Shown piece by piece: positions 56,825 to 64,000 of a stretch of 64,000 bases of DNA. Made by a program: the position numbers and the translations under genes. The notes under the pieces were generated by a model. That model worked only from the letters and a program-made list of their open reading frames with translations. It ran no database searches and had not been told where the DNA came from. This DNA comes from the human T2T-CHM13v2.0 reference genome, Homo sapiens. The stretch lies in assembly GCF_009914755.1 (NCBI RefSeq), contig NC_060937.1; one strand, given 5' to 3'. Positions within the stretch are counted from its first letter, which is position 1. Every line of letters starts with the position of its first letter.

Positions 56825-57149
56825 GATAGCAATATATAAATGCTGTTTTTGCTTATTTGTTAACACAAATGTCATGATTGACAATAACAACTTGGACCTG
56901 CTGCTGCTGCTACCAGAAAGGAGATCAAAAAATGTGACATGGTCTAAGACCTAGTAGAAGTTTTTATCCCCTGATGATAAGATCAAATTCCAATCACTTT
57001 TTCTGTAACTGTCTCTGACCACATTTTTTAAAGCTTTAGATTACGGACAAACTCACATAAAACTAAAAGTAAAGATAAATAGTAATATTTTGACTTCTGT
57101 TGCTGTCACCAGGCTTTTTCAATTACCACATAATGGAAAAACTTGTTTT

Positions 57150-57765
57150 ATCTATACCCTTCTCCCATGAAGCAGGCCATAAAAAATGCTCTGACCTTCT
57201 TCTGAAGAAGGTCATGAGACCCTCATTTGAGAGGAACCCTCCTTGTATCCAGAAAAAGGGAATGTCTTTATATCTGAAGACACAGGAACACAGAAGAATC
57301 TGAATAAACAAGACTTGCTAAGTTCCCTCCACTTTATTACTATTGGATTTTACCCTTTTTGCCCAGTCATACATCTCTACAACTATCCATTTTTATCAAA
57401 CCTAACCATAAAAATATACAGGTTTCCCTTTTTTGTAGTGTCTTCATTTCTGAAGGCTACTGTGTCATGTAGAAGTTGTATTAAATGAATTTGTATGATT
57501 CTCTTTTTGTTTTTTATTATTATTGTCAATTTTTTAGAGAGAGGGTCTCTCTGTTATCCAGATTAGGGTGCAGTGCGTGATCATACCTCACTGTTGCCTT
57601 GAACTCTTAGGCTCGGGTGATCCTTCCACCTCAGCGTCCTGAGTAGCTGAGATTATAGGAGTAAGCCACTGTACCTAGCCATTTTTTCTCTTGATAATCT
57701 TTTATTATAGATGCCTCAGCCACGACCCCAGAAATGGCTGAGGAAAAAAGTATTCCCCCTTCATC
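57150..57765 (+). mobile_element. MER34/MER39-like LTR fragment, interrupted by a FLAM
   Basis: CCTTCTCCC.TGAAGCA.GCCATAAA..GGTCAT.AGACCCTCATT..AGAAGAATCTGAA.A.ACA.G.CTTGCT. Confidence 0.65.
57530..57680 (-). mobile_element. FLAM_C-like Alu monomer
   Basis: GTGATCATA.CTCACTG..GCCTTGAACTC.T.GGCTC..GTGATCCT.CCACCTCAGC. Confidence 0.8.
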
Positions 57766-58119
57766 AATAGCTAAAACAAAATAACTATATATATGTATAC
57801 TATATAGTATGTAAGTTTCAGATATACGTATTTTCTTCTAAGTAACTGAAGAAAACATTTGGACTCTGTTCCAGTCTTATCCATATTTTTTTCTTTCTTT
57901 CTTTTTTCATTCTGCTGGTCTATTTTTGTGTCTCTCAGTGAGTCTATGTCTCAGACATTCTAAACTGGGGTGATTATGTACTGGCTTCTGTTTTTGTTCT
58001 AATCAGCATTCATTTTACATAAGCAGTAGATATTGATTGTATTGCTAAGAACATTTTTATTTTCTTCAAGACTGTCTTCACAATCTTTGCAGCTATTTAC
58101 TTCAATTTATCACCTTCAT

Positions 58120-58320
58120 CATAATTGTATAGCACTCATTATGGTCCAGGATCTGACTTAAGCTCTTAAACTATATTAACTTATTTATTCCTCACAATAA
58201 GTTTTTGAGGTTGGTTTCATTATTATTTATATATTTCGTTATTATTATTATTGTAGAGAACTGTGTTGAAGCACATTGAAGTTATGTAATTACCCATGAC
58301 CACACAGTCGCAGAGCTGGG
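58120..58320 (-). mobile_element. MIR fragment
   Basis: TATTAACT.ATTTA.TCCTCACAA.AA..TGAGGT.GGT..AAT.ACCCA.GA.CACACAG..GCAGAGCTGGG. Confidence 0.6.
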
Positions 58321-58415
58321 CCATGTTACATTTTTTAATCTCCTTCCTCAAAGCTCGAAGTTGCTACTGTTAGCCATAATTGTATAACCAAATGAGCTCA
58401 GACAGCATTTATTTA

Positions 58416-61090
<2,675 letters not shown>

Positions 61091-62049
61091 TCAAATTCAT
61101 TGTGCGTGTGAGTCACCTACAAGGCTTGCCAAAATACAGAATTTCACTGAGTCAATTTTGCTCTAGAATTAGAGACTGTGGTTCTAACCATTATACTATG
61201 TTCTCATCTTTAGTTTTTTGTTTTGTGCTGGTTGTTTGTTTTAAATTCCACTGGGGAGTCTCTCTAATTTCTTTTCCCATTTTTTGAAATTCATTTATTC
61301 TTATTGTGGATTTAATCATTCCCAACTAAGATTTTCTGTTGCCTCCATATAGTCTTAGATTAAAGAGTAAATCAACTTGATGTGCTAAGGATTGGGTATA
61401 ATGAACAGTGCCAGGGAAAGTGTTATTGAAGAGTTGGTTTTAGAACTGGATCTTGAGGGACTTGCATGTGATTTCAAGGGAACATATTGAAGATGAAGTA
61501 TACTAAAGGACCAAAGCAGAGGCAAAATCACAATGTCATACGGTATCCTGGTATATCCAGGGAGTTGTGGTAATTTTAACATTGTACATATATAGTGACT
61601 GTGCAGCTGGGAAGAGTCCTGGAGTAACTTACTTTAAGTCACAGAGTTAGATCTTGTTCAGCGGTACTTATTTTTTTCAGCCTTTATTTCTCTTTGTAAA
61701 ATTCTCTCTACAGACAGGAATATCTCCCCCATCATCTTTTCTGGAGATGTCGTGGAGTACAGCCAAGAGGATTGAGCTCAAAAATAAGGTAGACCTTAGT
61801 GGGCAATTTGTCTTTCTCTCACTGAAAATCTGTGTGCCTTTGGGTAATTATTAACTTTGCCTTGTATCGTGAAGAAATTACTGTCACCTAGTATTCAAAA
61901 AGACTAGTGCTTTTAATTCAAGGGTGACTGACACCTGATTCTAATTTTAACAAAGCAAGTAAAGTAAAGAAGAAAATCCAAACAAATTTATAGGCCAACT
62001 TATTTGGTGAGTTTTACATTGTTTGTTTTCAACTCAACATTGTTTAATG

Positions 62050-62730
62050 TTATTTTTTCATTTTTTATTTTATTTTTTTACATTTTTTAAGTGTGTGCAA
62101 ATTCATGGGGTACATGAGAAATTTTGTTATTTGTATATACCTTGTAGTAATCAAGTGATGGTATTCAAGGGTATCCATCACCTGAGTTCAATGAATTTTT
62201 GTTAAATATAGGCATCCTACTCTGCTATCAAACATTGACTTGATTCCTTCTATCTTATTGTATGTTTGTACCTTTTAACCCAGTTCTCGTCATACTTCCC
62301 CCGCCTCTCCATTCATCCTTCCCAGTCTCTGTTATCTGTTTTTTCACTCTCTACCTCTATGTGTTCAATTTTTTTTTTTTTTTTTTTTGAGACTGAGTCT
62401 CACTCTGTCACCCAGGCTGGAGTGCAATGGCGTGATCTTGGCTCGCTGCAACCTCCGCCTCCTGGGTTCAAGTGATTCTCCTACCTCAGCCTCCTAGGTA
62501 GCTGGGATTATAGGCACCCACCATCATGCCCAGATAATTTTTTGTATTTTTGTAGAGACGAGGTTTTACCATGTTGGCCAGGCTGGTCTTGAACTCCTGA
62601 CCTTAGGTGATCCACCAGCCTCAGCCTCCCAAAGTGCTGGGATTATAGGCATGAGCCACCGTGCCCCACCACGTGTTTAATTTTTTAAATTCCCACATGT
62701 AAATGAGAACTTGTGTATTTGTATTTTTGT
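62050..62730 (-). mobile_element. L1MA-type 3' end, interrupted by an Alu
   Basis: TCATGGGGTACATG.GA.ATTTTG..GGGTATCCATCACC..CTCTCTACCTC.ATG..TCCCACAT.T.A.TGAGAAC. Confidence 0.85.
62369..62670 (-). mobile_element. AluSx-like
   Basis: Complete dimer; TSD A.GTGTT.AATTTTTT. Confidence 0.96.
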
Positions 62731-64000
62731 ATTTTTAACCTATTGCTAATAAAATACATTTATCATAAAAGTATATAAACATTTTCCTACAAAATATAAA
62801 TAGGTTTAAGTCATACAATACATGACAAAACACTATAGCAAAATGATTCATAGTACCCTGTAGAATCTCTAAGGCAGTTCCGATCTGCCTCTAATTTCTA
62901 CATACAGTTAACATAAATTTCTCATTTTTCCCACTACCTCGTCAACTCAAAGTCTTTAGCACGCCATGCCACCACTGGCTGTCAAGCAAAGTAGCCAGCA
63001 GGCAACAGTATCCTTAGAAATTCCTGTTCCGAGGTATATTTTAAAGTGAGCACCCATGTTCTGTCTCTGAAGGAAAACTGTTACAAATATTATATCAGAA
63101 AGAACTGGAAAAAGAAACTGATATTAGCAGGTGTTAAGGTGATTCAAATATGTATCACATGCTATGAGATGAGGCCATTGCAAGAACTAGAGATACCAAG
63201 TTCATCTCAGCTAGTTATAATAAACCTCTTAATGTTAAACTTCACACTTACTGGCCACAGTCTTATATTTTGGGCTTTTGCTGAATTTTAATTTGATTAT
63301 CTTTTGTTTTCTCTTAACCAGGTAAAATTTCATTGAAGGTCTGATATAGTATATTTCTTTTTTCATCTTCTTTGAGGTATAATAATTGATTAATTAAACA
63401 ATCAATCAAGTGAAGAGAGTTGTTTCTATTGATTGAAATGCTTTGTCATGATGTGATAAAGCATCAAAATAGCTGAATTATTTATCTAAGAGCATCTGTG
63501 GTCCCCTAAGATATTATATCCATCAGTAATAGATGTCAGATTATGGCATGATAAGTAGTCTAAAAAGGTGACATATTATTATTGTTAATATTTTAATTCT
63601 GTATGTAATGATAAGCTTGTCAAATTCATCTATAATTAAATTAAATTAAATGTTCCTCATTTATACTCTTCTAATTTCTTTGGGTATATAATTTCATAAC
63701 TGCATGCCATAGCAATTTATGACATGTTGTGAAGAGAGTTGTAAAATATGCCTTGAAGCAGTAGCTTATGTTGGAAGAAGTTAAACTATATACTAAAAGC
63801 CTATGCATAAGAACACAATTGAAAATAGTTTTCAGAGAGTACAGTCTTTGAGAGATAATATTTTAAAAATAATTTGTAAGCACAATAATGTTTCTGGAAA
63901 ACATTTTGTGTTTAGAGTTTTAAAATTTTGCTTCTATTCTATTACAAAAATTCACCTCTGAATTCAACAGTATTTGTGTTTAAAGCTATATTTAAGTAGA

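Overview
AT-rich, repeat-dominated primate (human-like) genomic DNA, intergenic or deep intronic. No protein-coding gene, RNA gene, CpG island or CRISPR-type array is supported. Every sizeable ORF in the track is a decayed L1, Alu, LTR or Tigger fragment, or chance. Main contents: about 15 Alu/FLAM copies, several old L1M fragments, a two-LTR MER61-like endogenous provirus (24879-29748), solo MaLR (MLT1, THE1, MST) and MER4-group LTRs, a near full-length Tigger1, and several MITEs (MER8, MER47A, Tigger3a/MER7A, MER5A). I found no new gene system. The most notable features are mutational fossils: a ~220 bp inverted templated duplication and a perfect hairpin inside one old L1; two Alus inserted head-to-head into the same quasi-palindromic 18 bp target; a twin-priming 5' inversion in an old L1; two tandem gag-matrix start remnants near the 3' end of the provirus; an 82 bp tandem duplication; and a 13:2 Alu strand skew. 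Repeat subfamily names come from recalled consensus motifs, not a database search, and boundaries of old elements are approximate.
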